From: Bacteroidota bacterium
GTDB taxonomy: Bacteria > Bacteroidota > Bacteroidia > Bacteroidales > FEN-979
Length of the DNA stretch: 64,000 nucleotides
Direction of reading: 5' to 3'
NCBI GenBank assembly: GCA_026391775.1
Contig: JAPLDK010000007.1
Location: 1,065 to 65,064 of the forward strand
Made by a program: the position numbers and the translations under genes. Below are positions 9,263 through 17,730 of this stretch, piece by piece. Position 1 is the stretch's first letter, and every line of letters starts with the position of its first letter. The notes below the pieces were generated by a model. It was given only the letters and a program-made list of their open reading frames with translations, was not told the DNA's origin and searched no databases.

Positions 9263-9664
9263 TTACTGGCTGCTTTTGCTGCCTGAAAAGGCTACAGATG
9301 TTTCAATACGTCGTTTAATTCTTACAATAAGTTCCCTGGGGTTAAACGGCTTCACAACGTAATCATCAGCACCCATTTCAAAACATTTAATCTTATCAGA
9401 ACTTTCCTCTTTCCCCGATAACATGATCAAAGGTATTTCATCGAAAAAACCACTTTCACGAATTCGTTTGATGAACTCAAATCCGTTCATTACCGGCATT
9501 TCCACATCACAAATAATAACATCCGGGAGGTTCCCCGACTGGATGTAATACAATGCATCCATTCCGTTGCTCAGGGTCGTAACTTCAAACTCCTTATTGA
9601 AGGTATTTTCTATGATGAACCGGATACTCTTTTCATCGTCTATTGCGAGTATCTTTCTTTTCAT
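9263..9664 (-). CDS. Single-domain response regulator (CheY-like receiver)
   Basis: 133 aa. Has ILAIDDEKS, PDVIICDVEMPVMNGFEF (phospho-Asp), MLSGK and YVVKPFNP, so all canonical receiver positions are present. Confidence 0.9.
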   Translation of the reverse strand: MKRKILAIDDEKSIRFIIENTFNKEFEVTTLSNGMDALYYIQSGNLPDVIICDVEMPVMNGFEFIKRIRESGFFDEIPLIMLSGKEESSDKIKCFEMGADDYVVKPFNPRELIVRIKRRIETSVAFSGSKSSQ

Positions 9665-9684
9665 TCAGATACATTTTTGGTAAG

Positions 9685-9717
9685 CAAATATATTCGAATT
9701 TGCCCCAAACTGTCAAA
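9685..9717 (-). promoter_or_regulatory. Candidate Bacteroidota sigma-A promoter (-33 TTTG / -7 TAnnTTTG)
   Basis: On the minus strand, TATATTTG (complement of 9685-9692) lies 20 nt upstream of the response-regulator ATG. TTTG (complement of 9714-9717) lies 21 nt further upstream. Confidence 0.45.
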
Positions 9718-9777
9718 ATAGATATTAACAATAAATCGAAAGTTATTAAGAAGAGTACTGACGGACGTTTAATGATT

Positions 9778-11799
9778 TTAAGCTTCCGGAAGTGCCTTTT
9801 TTAAAGCCGCAAGCTCATCACGCAATCTTGCAGCTTCAAGAAAATCAAGCTGTTTGACAGCTTCCTCCATTGCCTTGGCAGACTCCCTGATTAATTTTTG
9901 TATTTTAACTTTCGGCAGATAAGCGATTACGGGATCTGCAGCATTGTCTAGGTTTTCCTTCTCAATGTACGGACGGCCTTTACCTGAACTTCTATCTTCT
10001 CTCATCCTGAGATCGAAAACATTTCTCATTTCCTTTGTAATCTGTACAGGAATGATATTGTGTTTTTCGTTATAGGCTATCTGTTTCTCCCTTCTTCTGT
10101 TAGCTTCAGAGATCATCCTTTTCATCGAGTCAGTTACTTTGTCGGCATAAAGGATTACCCTGCTGTTAATATTTCTTGCAGCCCTTCCAGCTGTTTGAGT
10201 CAGGCTGCGTTCCGATCTGAGAAAACCTTCTTTATCGGCATCAAGGATTGCTACAAGAGAAACTTCCGGGAGATCAAGCCCCTCCCTCAGCAGGTTTACA
10301 CCAATTAGTACATCGATAGTCCCGCTCCTGAGATCATGTAGGATATCCACCCGGTCCATCGTGTCAACATCCGAATGGATATACCTGGATTTTATATTCA
10401 GTTTGATAAAGTATTTGGCGAGCTCTTCGGCCATCCTCTTGGTCAGGGTTGTCACAAGCACTCTTTCATTAACAACTACACGTTTATCGATCTCATCCAG
10501 AAGATCATCGATCTGGTTCAGGCTTGGCCTCACTTCAACAATGGGATCAAGCAGTCCTGTGGGGCGGATAAGCTGCTCCACGACAACACCTTCAGCCTTT
10601 TGAAGTTCAAAATCCGCAGGAGTTGCACTTGCGAAAACAATCTGCCCGACAACTGCTTCGAATTCATCAAACTTCAGAGGCCTGTTGTCCATTGCTGATG
10701 GCAGCCTGAAGCCGTATTCAACAAGCGTCTGTTTACGTGAACGGTCACCACCGTACATTGCCCTGATTTGAGGAACGGTAACATGGCTTTCGTCAATGAC
10801 CATCAGAAAATCATCAGGAAAATAGTCCAGCAGGCAGAAAGGTCTGGAGCCGGGAGCTCTACCGTCGAAGTATCTTGAGTAATTCTCGATACCGGAACAA
10901 TAACCAAGTTCCCGCATCATTTCCATATCATACGTGACCCGGTCCTCGAGTCTTTTGGCTTCAAGGGCTTTTCCATCATTCCTGAAGTAATCAACCTGAC
11001 GGAATAAATCATCCTGTATATCGGTAAGCGCTTCCCTCATTTTATCCTGCGAAGTGACAAAAATATTCGCCGGGTAGACCTGTATAAACTCAAGTGGCTC
11101 AATCGTTCTGCCCGATACCGGATCAAAAGACTCCAGTTTCTCGATTTCATCTCCCCAGAAAATAATCCGGTAAGCAATATCAAGATATGCCGGGAATACA
11201 TCTACCACATCGCCCTTGATCCGGAACTTCCCCCTTGTGAATTCCGCTTCTGTCCTTGAATACAGGCTGTTGACAAAGCTCAGTAAAAGGCTGTTCCTGC
11301 TTACAAGATCACCCAGTTTAAGTTTTACGATATTACCGGCAAAATCATCCGGGTTGCCAATACCATAAATACAGGATACTGAGGAAATAACAATAACGTC
11401 GCGCCTTCCTGAAAGCAGGGCAGAGGAAGCACTCAGGCGCAGCTTTTCAATTTCCTCATTGATAGAAAGGTCTTTCTCAATGTAAGTGTTTGTTACAGGG
11501 ATGTATGCTTCGGGCTGATAATAATCATAATAGGAAACAAAAAACTCAACCGCATTCTCCGGGAAAAATTCACGAAATTCATCGTATAGCTGAGCCGCAA
11601 GAGTTTTATTATGGCTTAAAACTAGTGTGGGCCTTTGAACCTTTTCAATAACATTAGCAATTGTGAATGTTTTCCCTGATCCGGTAACTCCTGCAAGTAC
11701 CTGTGCCTGGTCACCGCGGTTCAGCCCTTCCACAAGCTCCCTTATGGCTTCAGGCTGGTCTCCAGTGGGGACGAAATCTGTTGTCAGGCGGAATTCCAT
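9778..11799 (-). CDS. uvrB: Excinuclease ABC subunit B
   Basis: 673 aa. Has Walker A GVTGSGKTFTIANVI, helicase motifs and a C-terminal UVR motif (LEAARLRDELAALKK). The N-terminus MEFRLTTDFVPTGDQPEAI is typical of UvrB. Confidence 0.97.
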   Translation of the reverse strand: MEFRLTTDFVPTGDQPEAIRELVEGLNRGDQAQVLAGVTGSGKTFTIANVIEKVQRPTLVLSHNKTLAAQLYDEFREFFPENAVEFFVSYYDYYQPEAYIPVTNTYIEKDLSINEEIEKLRLSASSALLSGRRDVIVISSVSCIYGIGNPDDFAGNIVKLKLGDLVSRNSLLLSFVNSLYSRTEAEFTRGKFRIKGDVVDVFPAYLDIAYRIIFWGDEIEKLESFDPVSGRTIEPLEFIQVYPANIFVTSQDKMREALTDIQDDLFRQVDYFRNDGKALEAKRLEDRVTYDMEMMRELGYCSGIENYSRYFDGRAPGSRPFCLLDYFPDDFLMVIDESHVTVPQIRAMYGGDRSRKQTLVEYGFRLPSAMDNRPLKFDEFEAVVGQIVFASATPADFELQKAEGVVVEQLIRPTGLLDPIVEVRPSLNQIDDLLDEIDKRVVVNERVLVTTLTKRMAEELAKYFIKLNIKSRYIHSDVDTMDRVDILHDLRSGTIDVLIGVNLLREGLDLPEVSLVAILDADKEGFLRSERSLTQTAGRAARNINSRVILYADKVTDSMKRMISEANRRREKQIAYNEKHNIIPVQITKEMRNVFDLRMREDRSSGKGRPYIEKENLDNAADPVIAYLPKVKIQKLIRESAKAMEEAVKQLDFLEAARLRDELAALKKALPEA

Positions 11800-11801
11800 A
11801 C

Positions 11802-12935
11802 TCAGTGATTAAATGAAAATTCCGAAATAACCGGGTAATGGTCCGACATATTAACTTCTTTCTTCTGATACGATATGGCTGTAAAAAAATCATCATACAG
11901 CATATAATCTATGCGGAAAGCGGGGAAACGGCCTGCATAGGTACTTCCGATCCACTCATTTCCCGATTTGACAAATGCGTCATTCCTGCCCTTTGACAAA
12001 GTATGATAGGCGAAAGAAGAAGGTGTATCATTGAAGTCCCCACAGATCAGAACCGGATAAGGGCTGTATTTCATATGCGCAGTAAGCATTTCAACCTGTA
12101 TGGCCCTTAAGGTAAAAGCTTTTTTCAGTTTCCAGATCATCTTCCTGGAACCTTTAGAAAAGTTTTTTTCATCAGCCGCCGGGTCAGTGAGATTGGAATA
12201 AAAGGAATAATCATCATTGCCAAGACGGATTGATTCAAGGTGCAGGTTGTAAACCCTGATGGTGTCTCCCTTTATCGCGATATCAGTAAAAATTCCGAAT
12301 GTGCTCTTGTCTCCCAGCCTGAAAAATCCCTGATCCACAATTGGATACCGTGAAAACGTGGCAATGGCGTTTATTTTTGTTTTTTGCCAGAAGTCCCTGT
12401 AATTTTTGAAAAAGAAATACCCAAGGCGGATAGAACGTGAGAATTTATGAAGGGTTTTCATGTATTCTTCACCAATGGCATAAAACTCCTGCACACACAC
12501 CAGGTCAGGGTTTTCCGAAGCAAGAAAATCCGTTACCTGGCTTCTCGTTTCAGGCAGAACATTATCCGCCTGGTTACCGTAAAGACTGTGGACATTGTAC
12601 GTGGCCACCCTTAAAGAATACTGACTATGTGCTTTTTGAGAACCAAACCTAACAGGAACAATGGTCCTTAGATTGCCAATACCTACAAGCATCGTCAGCA
12701 ATGATAAATAAATGAATTTATTCCAAAGGATCAGCCAAACCAACACAAACAGCAGATTAATGATCAGGATGACGGGATAGGCAATCCCAAAGAATGCCAA
12801 TGGCCAGAATTTCAAGGGGCTGATGTAAGCTGCTGCATAAGAACATAATAAGGCTGCAGCGGCAATATAATTCAGGATCAGGAGAGAAATCCTGACCCAC
12901 CGTCTTTTCTTGGTTGTTTTAGTTATTTTCCCCAT
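11802..12935 (-). CDS. Endonuclease/exonuclease/phosphatase (EEP) family membrane protein
   Basis: N-terminal TM helices followed by EEP motifs VATYNVHSLYG, CVQEF, GDFNDTP and SDHYPV. Start set at the ATG at 12935 (MGKITKTTKKRRW). The ORF-track start at 12980 would overlap the rhomboid gene by 41 nt. Confidence 0.8.
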   Translation of the reverse strand: MGKITKTTKKRRWVRISLLILNYIAAAALLCSYAAAYISPLKFWPLAFFGIAYPVILIINLLFVLVWLILWNKFIYLSLLTMLVGIGNLRTIVPVRFGSQKAHSQYSLRVATYNVHSLYGNQADNVLPETRSQVTDFLASENPDLVCVQEFYAIGEEYMKTLHKFSRSIRLGYFFFKNYRDFWQKTKINAIATFSRYPIVDQGFFRLGDKSTFGIFTDIAIKGDTIRVYNLHLESIRLGNDDYSFYSNLTDPAADEKNFSKGSRKMIWKLKKAFTLRAIQVEMLTAHMKYSPYPVLICGDFNDTPSSFAYHTLSKGRNDAFVKSGNEWIGSTYAGRFPAFRIDYMLYDDFFTAISYQKKEVNMSDHYPVISEFSFNH

Positions 12936-12939
12936 GCGT

Positions 12940-13854
12940 TCATCGTTTACCCGACGATCTGAACAGGAAATCCTTCTCATCCCTGGTCAGGCTATCATAT
13001 CCCCCTTTTGAGATTTTATCAAGTATACTGTCCATCCGCTTTTGTTTTTGAGCTTTCTGCACATTGTATTCTTCGTCGCTAATAGGTCGGCTGGTGTTAT
13101 CATTAGCAGTAACTTTCATTGTTTTCTTTCGGAAAAACCAACCCTTTCGTTTATATGCCCCGGATACGGAGCCATTTGAACGTACTACCAATTGAATATA
13201 GAGAAAACCGAACAGGGCACCGCCGATATGCGCAATATGGCCTCCTGCATTTCCGGTAGGGATCATGAAGAAGTCGAATATAAACAATGCAATAGCAAGG
13301 TACAGAATACGGATCCTTCCGAAAAACAGAAGATAAACCGAATAATTTGGGACCTTGAATGAGATAGCCGTGACAATTGCCATCACTGATGCCGAAGCTC
13401 CGAGAGCATAAGATATGGGCAGGGATGGTGAGAAGACCGGGAAAATATTAAATGCGAAAATATATACCAGGGCTCCCGAGATACCACCCAGAAAATATAC
13501 TACCATGAGCTTCCTGCCTCCAAGGTATTCCTGGAAAATTTTTCCGAACCAGTACAGCCAGAGCATATTAAACAGTACATGCCATATATCGATATGCAGA
13601 AACATGTAAGTCAGGACGGTCCATGGTTTATTGATCAGTGAAGTGAGTGAAGCAGGAACCCCAAAGATTCTGATAATCGATGTTGTGGCTAATGCAGCAT
13701 CAGGCTGGTTATATAAGAAGAAAATAATCCTGAAAACCTGAACCAGTAACCATACAACAACATTGATGATGATCAGGTTTGCCAGGGCAGATCCTTCCCT
13801 GAAAAACCTTTTCAGATTGTCACCAGGACTCGGTTCGGTCATGTATGGATTCAT
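12940..13854 (-). CDS. Rhomboid family intramembrane serine protease
   Basis: 304 aa. Motifs WHVLFNMLWLYWFG, LGASASVMAIV (Ser) and AHIGGALFGFLY (His). Has a charged C-terminal tail. Confidence 0.85.
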   Translation of the reverse strand: MNPYMTEPSPGDNLKRFFREGSALANLIIINVVVWLLVQVFRIIFFLYNQPDAALATTSIIRIFGVPASLTSLINKPWTVLTYMFLHIDIWHVLFNMLWLYWFGKIFQEYLGGRKLMVVYFLGGISGALVYIFAFNIFPVFSPSLPISYALGASASVMAIVTAISFKVPNYSVYLLFFGRIRILYLAIALFIFDFFMIPTGNAGGHIAHIGGALFGFLYIQLVVRSNGSVSGAYKRKGWFFRKKTMKVTANDNTSRPISDEEYNVQKAQKQKRMDSILDKISKGGYDSLTRDEKDFLFRSSGKR

Positions 13855-14690
13855 TGTGGTTTAGATTTTGGCTTTCGTTTCCAGTACAGGATCAGGAAAA
13901 ATCCAAAGATCATGCCGCCAAGATGAGCAAAATGTGCGACATTATCGCTGGGGTTGTTTGAAATTCCCAGGAAAACCTCAATTGTCCCGTACCCTAGAAC
14001 AAGCCATTTGGCTTTTATGGGGAATAAGAAATAAATAAAGACAAGCATGTTCGGGAACATCATACCAAAGGCTAACAGGATTCCATATACTGCTCCGGAT
14101 GCTCCAATGGTTGCTATATCCATTTGCTGTTTTATCAGGTCATAGACATATATCACGGATTGCCTCTGATAATGGACATCATACAGGGAAGACTGCCATT
14201 GAGAGAGAAGGGCGTTCATCTGATCGAGAAGTTCCTGGCTCCTGGGCGGGCAAGTTTTAACAAAGGCGACAAAAGCATCAGGAGAAGGTGCCGATGAATA
14301 GGCCAGGGCTGCGGCTTCATATCCCGAAAAATGCCAGTAATTGATAGCTGTCTGAATAATAGCTGCCCCGATGCCTGTAATCATATAATATGTCAGAAAA
14401 CGCTTTGGGCCCCAAACGTTCTCAAGCAGGTAACCAAACATCCATAAAGCAAACATATTATAAAGGATGTGCTGTACACCCGCATGGAAAAACATATAGG
14501 TAACAAACTGGTAAGTCCTGAACAAATCCGACTTGAAATAATGAAGCCCGAAAAGATTTGTTAAATCGATCCTGAAGGTGCTTTCCAGCGATATTGTAGC
14601 AACATAACAGATAATGTTGATGATCAGCAGATTTTTGACAACAGTAGGCAAAAGCTTGAAGCCGGCAGGACTATATTGCTCGTAGCTCAT
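13851..14690 (-). CDS. Rhomboid family intramembrane serine protease
   Basis: 279 aa. Motifs HILYNMFALWMFG, GASGAVYGILLAFG (GxSG) and AHLGGMIFGFF. Has a 4-nt overlap with the downstream rhomboid. Confidence 0.85.
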   Translation of the reverse strand: MSYEQYSPAGFKLLPTVVKNLLIINIICYVATISLESTFRIDLTNLFGLHYFKSDLFRTYQFVTYMFFHAGVQHILYNMFALWMFGYLLENVWGPKRFLTYYMITGIGAAIIQTAINYWHFSGYEAAALAYSSAPSPDAFVAFVKTCPPRSQELLDQMNALLSQWQSSLYDVHYQRQSVIYVYDLIKQQMDIATIGASGAVYGILLAFGMMFPNMLVFIYFLFPIKAKWLVLGYGTIEVFLGISNNPSDNVAHFAHLGGMIFGFFLILYWKRKPKSKPQ

Positions 14691-14699
14691 AGATCGTGT

Positions 14700-16559
14700 T
14701 TAAGTTTTAAACTTTTTAGAAAGTTCATCGAATGATAGTACGAAAAAAGCAGGTTTTCCGTATGGTGATAATTCCGGTATTTTACAAGCAAACAACTTCT
14801 GATGGATTGCCTCCATTTCTTCCTTATTAAGGGGTTTCCCTCTCCTGATTGCAACGGTTTTGGCCATGGTTCTTGCAATCATCTGTTGTTTCCCGGCATT
14901 CCTGCCCGGGAGTTCATTCTTGATCGCTTCAAGCGCTTGTTCGACTGCACCGTGAAAATCGTTGTGTCCAAGATCATGAGGAATGGATTGAAGGACAAAA
15001 TCATTATTTCCAAATTCCGATATCTCAAAGCCCAGGGCATTGAAGTCCCCAAGAAGATCTGTAAGTAAAAGTGCATCATCAGGTGAGAACGAAAGTGTCT
15101 CCGGCATGATGCTTGACCTCAGGTTATTACTTCCTGCTCCTGCTTCCAGCATTTCCTCGTACAAGATTCTTTCATGGGCTGCCTGCTGGTCAATAATAAG
15201 AAGGCCTTTGGGGGCTTCAGTTACTATATATGAATTTGCGATCTGAAACATGGCGTGAGAAGCATTATCGCACGCAAGGTTCAGCTGCACTTCTTCCCCT
15301 TCATTAAGTTTATCGATAAGATTCGCAAGCGGACCGGAGGGAATTGTACCCGGTTGATTGAACGCCGGCTGAAAATTGTCTTTCCGAGCATCACCGGTCT
15401 GGATCCTTCCGGGATTTTCAAATCTGAAACTCGGTTGAAATTCTTGTTTCTTTTCAAAGGGATTGTAGCCCGGGTTTATTGTGATCTGTGGAGGGCGTAT
15501 CGTTTGTCCGGGTTTCAGGGGAGGAATATCCATGCTTTGTTCTTGTTCGAAATCCAGGACTGTTGTAAGGTTATACTTCCCCAACGATTGTCGGATCGCA
15601 GCCTGTAAGATGGCATATATACTTTTGCTGTCGGTGAAATTTATTTCCGTTTTTGTAGGATGTATATTGACGTCAATATTACCGGGATCAAGTTCAAGGT
15701 AAAGGAAATAGGATGCGAATGAATCTTTCGGGATAAGCTCCTTGAAGGCTGCTTCAACAGCATGGTGCAGGTATGGGTTCCTGATGTACCTTCCGTTGGC
15801 AAAGAAAAACTGTTCACCCCTTGTCTTTTTGGAGAATTCGGGTTTGCCAATGAAACCGCTGATGTTCACCATATTTGTCTGTTGCTCAACCGGTATCAGC
15901 CTCTGGTTGTAATTCGAGCCAAAAAGAGCAACAATGCGCTGGCGCAAATTAGCAGAAGGAAGCTGGAACATCACTTTTTCCTGGTTGTACATCGTGAATG
16001 CGATATCAGGATGAACCAAGGCGATACGGTAGAATTCATCAAGAATATACTTTAACTCTGATGTGTTTGATTTAAGGAAATTCCTGCGGGCTGGTACATT
16101 AAAAAACAGGTTTTTTACCTGAATGCTGGTTCCATTGGGAGTGTTTACCGGACTGTGATTCCTGACTTCGGTCCCTTCAATAATAAGCTGTGTTCCGATC
16201 TCATCTTCAGCTTTCTTTGTCCGGAGTTCCACCTGGGCAACTGAAGCGATGGAGGCGAGGGCTTCTCCGCGGAATCCAAGTGTACGGATTGAAAGGAGGT
16301 CATGGACTGTCTGTATCTTTGAGGTTGCATGCCGTTCAAAACACATCCGGGCATCCCTTTCCGACATTCCACAACCGTTATCAATAACATGAATAAGGGC
16401 TCTGCCAGCTTCCTTTATAACCAGTTTGACTTCAGTCGCTCCTGCATCAATCGTATTTTCAAGCAATTCCTTGACAGCCGAAGCAGGCCGTTGCACGACC
16501 TCTCCAGCAGCTATCTGGTTCGCGACTGATTCAGGAAGCATCCTGATAATATCCGTCAT
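14700..16559 (-). CDS. mutL: DNA mismatch repair protein MutL
   Basis: 619 aa. GHKL ATPase motifs IAAGEVVQRPASAVKELLENTIDAGA, VIDNGCGM and TLGFRGEALASI. Has the C-terminal dimerisation region. Confidence 0.97.
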   Translation of the reverse strand: MTDIIRMLPESVANQIAAGEVVQRPASAVKELLENTIDAGATEVKLVIKEAGRALIHVIDNGCGMSERDARMCFERHATSKIQTVHDLLSIRTLGFRGEALASIASVAQVELRTKKAEDEIGTQLIIEGTEVRNHSPVNTPNGTSIQVKNLFFNVPARRNFLKSNTSELKYILDEFYRIALVHPDIAFTMYNQEKVMFQLPSANLRQRIVALFGSNYNQRLIPVEQQTNMVNISGFIGKPEFSKKTRGEQFFFANGRYIRNPYLHHAVEAAFKELIPKDSFASYFLYLELDPGNIDVNIHPTKTEINFTDSKSIYAILQAAIRQSLGKYNLTTVLDFEQEQSMDIPPLKPGQTIRPPQITINPGYNPFEKKQEFQPSFRFENPGRIQTGDARKDNFQPAFNQPGTIPSGPLANLIDKLNEGEEVQLNLACDNASHAMFQIANSYIVTEAPKGLLIIDQQAAHERILYEEMLEAGAGSNNLRSSIMPETLSFSPDDALLLTDLLGDFNALGFEISEFGNNDFVLQSIPHDLGHNDFHGAVEQALEAIKNELPGRNAGKQQMIARTMAKTVAIRRGKPLNKEEMEAIHQKLFACKIPELSPYGKPAFFVLSFDELSKKFKT

Positions 16560-16599
16560 AAGAAAAATTTGTAGCTGATCCGGTAATGGATTACCCTTG

Positions 16600-16607
16600 C
16601 AAAAATA
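16600..16607 (-). promoter_or_regulatory. Candidate -7 element (TATTTTTG) for the mutL operon
   Basis: The complement of 16600-16607 reads TATTTTTG, which matches TAnnTTTG. It lies 40 nt upstream of the mutL ATG at 16559. Confidence 0.35.
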
Positions 16608-16649
16608 CCATTTTTTCGAAGCCGGAATTTCGATTTTGGAGATAAAGAG

Positions 16650-16657
16650 TACCTTTG
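16650..16657 (+). promoter_or_regulatory. Candidate -7 element (TACCTTTG) for the GroES-like gene
   Basis: TACCTTTG matches TAnnTTTG and lies 20 nt upstream of the ATG at 16678. This supports 16678 as the true start rather than the TTG at 16597 in the ORF track. Confidence 0.35.
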
Positions 16658-16677
16658 GAATAGATAATTATCAACAC

Positions 16678-17058
16678 ATGAATGACAGTGATGCCAAGTT
16701 AAAAAAACTCATTGTTGTAGGGGACAGGGTTTTGATCAAGCCCAAAAAGATATCAAACAAGACAAAAGCAGGCTTGTTTCTTCCGCCCGGATATCAGGAA
16801 AAGGAAGAGATCCAGACAGGATTTGTAGTGAAAATCGGTCCCGGATATCCAATTCCATTGCCATCAGACGACTTTAATGAAAGCTGGAAAAAGAGTGAAG
16901 AAAAAATTAAATATATCCCCCTACAGGCAAAAGAAGGGGATCTTGCAATTTTTCTTCAAAAAGGAGCCATTGAAATAATTTTCAATGACGAAAAGTACTT
17001 TATTGTGTCTCAGAATTCCATCCTGCTCCTCGAAAGAGAGGAGGAGATGTTTGTCTAA
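16678..17058 (+). CDS. GroES/Cpn10-like protein (orphan, extended)
   Basis: KLIVVGDRVLIKPKKISNKTKAGLFLPPG...GFVVKIGPG...EGDLAIF follows the Cpn10 pattern. It has an insertion and a C-terminal extension. No groEL is adjacent. Start moved to the first ATG (MNDSDAKL). Confidence 0.6.
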   Translation: MNDSDAKLKKLIVVGDRVLIKPKKISNKTKAGLFLPPGYQEKEEIQTGFVVKIGPGYPIPLPSDDFNESWKKSEEKIKYIPLQAKEGDLAIFLQKGAIEIIFNDEKYFIVSQNSILLLEREEEMFV

Positions 17059-17615
17059 AACCTCGACCTGTCAAGTACAGGAAACCTCATCTGAATCAGA
17101 TAGAAGGCTCCATAGAATACGGCGCTGAAAAACGTTGTTCCAAGGATATCATTCAGAAAAAATGAGAACCCGTAAGTTGTATCCCTAAAGAACACCAGAC
17201 CAGCGATATAACACTCGATCAGGCCCATGAAATTTTTAGGATACAAACCCATGGCAAGCCATGAAGAAAAGTTGGTGATCAGGAAAAAGATCATGGCGGA
17301 TGCAACAGAAGCCATGAGTACTGATCCAACCGTAACTTTCTTCCGGATAGACATACCCAGAACAACCGTAATGGCAAAACTAAGATAAACGGCAGGCATG
17401 TTTGCGTGCAGACCTAAAATGAGGTCGCTGATGAACATCGCGGCGACCGGAATGGCGAAAGCGTATTGCTTTCTGTCGAAATAGGTACCTGCAAACAAAG
17501 CCATAGCCGCAATCGGTGTAAAGTTTGGCCAATGCGGGAGCAACCGTAACAGGGCTGCAGTAAGAATTACTGAAAAAACAACAATAAATCTAGGTGTAAT
17601 AGATTTATATAGCAT
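17055..17615 (-). CDS. Multi-pass membrane protein (resembles the DUF6580-type putative transporter component of Bacteroidota, from memory)
   Basis: 186 aa with 5-6 hydrophobic helices (LLRLLPHWPNFTPIAAMALFAGTYF). Its stop codon overlaps the convergent GroES-like stop. Confidence 0.5.
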   Translation of the reverse strand: MLYKSITPRFIVVFSVILTAALLRLLPHWPNFTPIAAMALFAGTYFDRKQYAFAIPVAAMFISDLILGLHANMPAVYLSFAITVVLGMSIRKKVTVGSVLMASVASAMIFFLITNFSSWLAMGLYPKNFMGLIECYIAGLVFFRDTTYGFSFFLNDILGTTFFSAVFYGAFYLIQMRFPVLDRSRF

Positions 17616-17638
17616 TAATATATCGTGTTAATATCTTA

Positions 17639-17646
17639 CAAAAATA
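17639..17646 (-). promoter_or_regulatory. Candidate -7 element (TATTTTTG) for 17055..17615
   Basis: The complement of 17639-17646 reads TATTTTTG. It lies 23 nt upstream of the ATG at 17615. Confidence 0.35.
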
Positions 17647-17691
17647 TAAAAACATTTGTATAAAAGTCAAGTTTTTGCAAAAATTGTTTTC

Positions 17692-17699
17692 TACATTTG
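17692..17699 (+). promoter_or_regulatory. Candidate -7 element (TACATTTG) for the amidohydrolase gene
   Basis: TACATTTG matches TAnnTTTG and lies 31 nt upstream of the ATG at 17731. Confidence 0.35.
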
Positions 17700-17730
17700 A
17701 ATATTCTTATCAAATTCAGCTCATTGGCTC

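Noticed and set aside
16597-16677. N-terminal extension of the GroES-like ORF (track start at 16597)
   Set aside because: The start at 16597 is a TTG codon. A TAnnTTTG promoter-like motif at 16650..16657 lies inside the extension. The first ATG at 16678 gives a product that begins just before the Cpn10 core.
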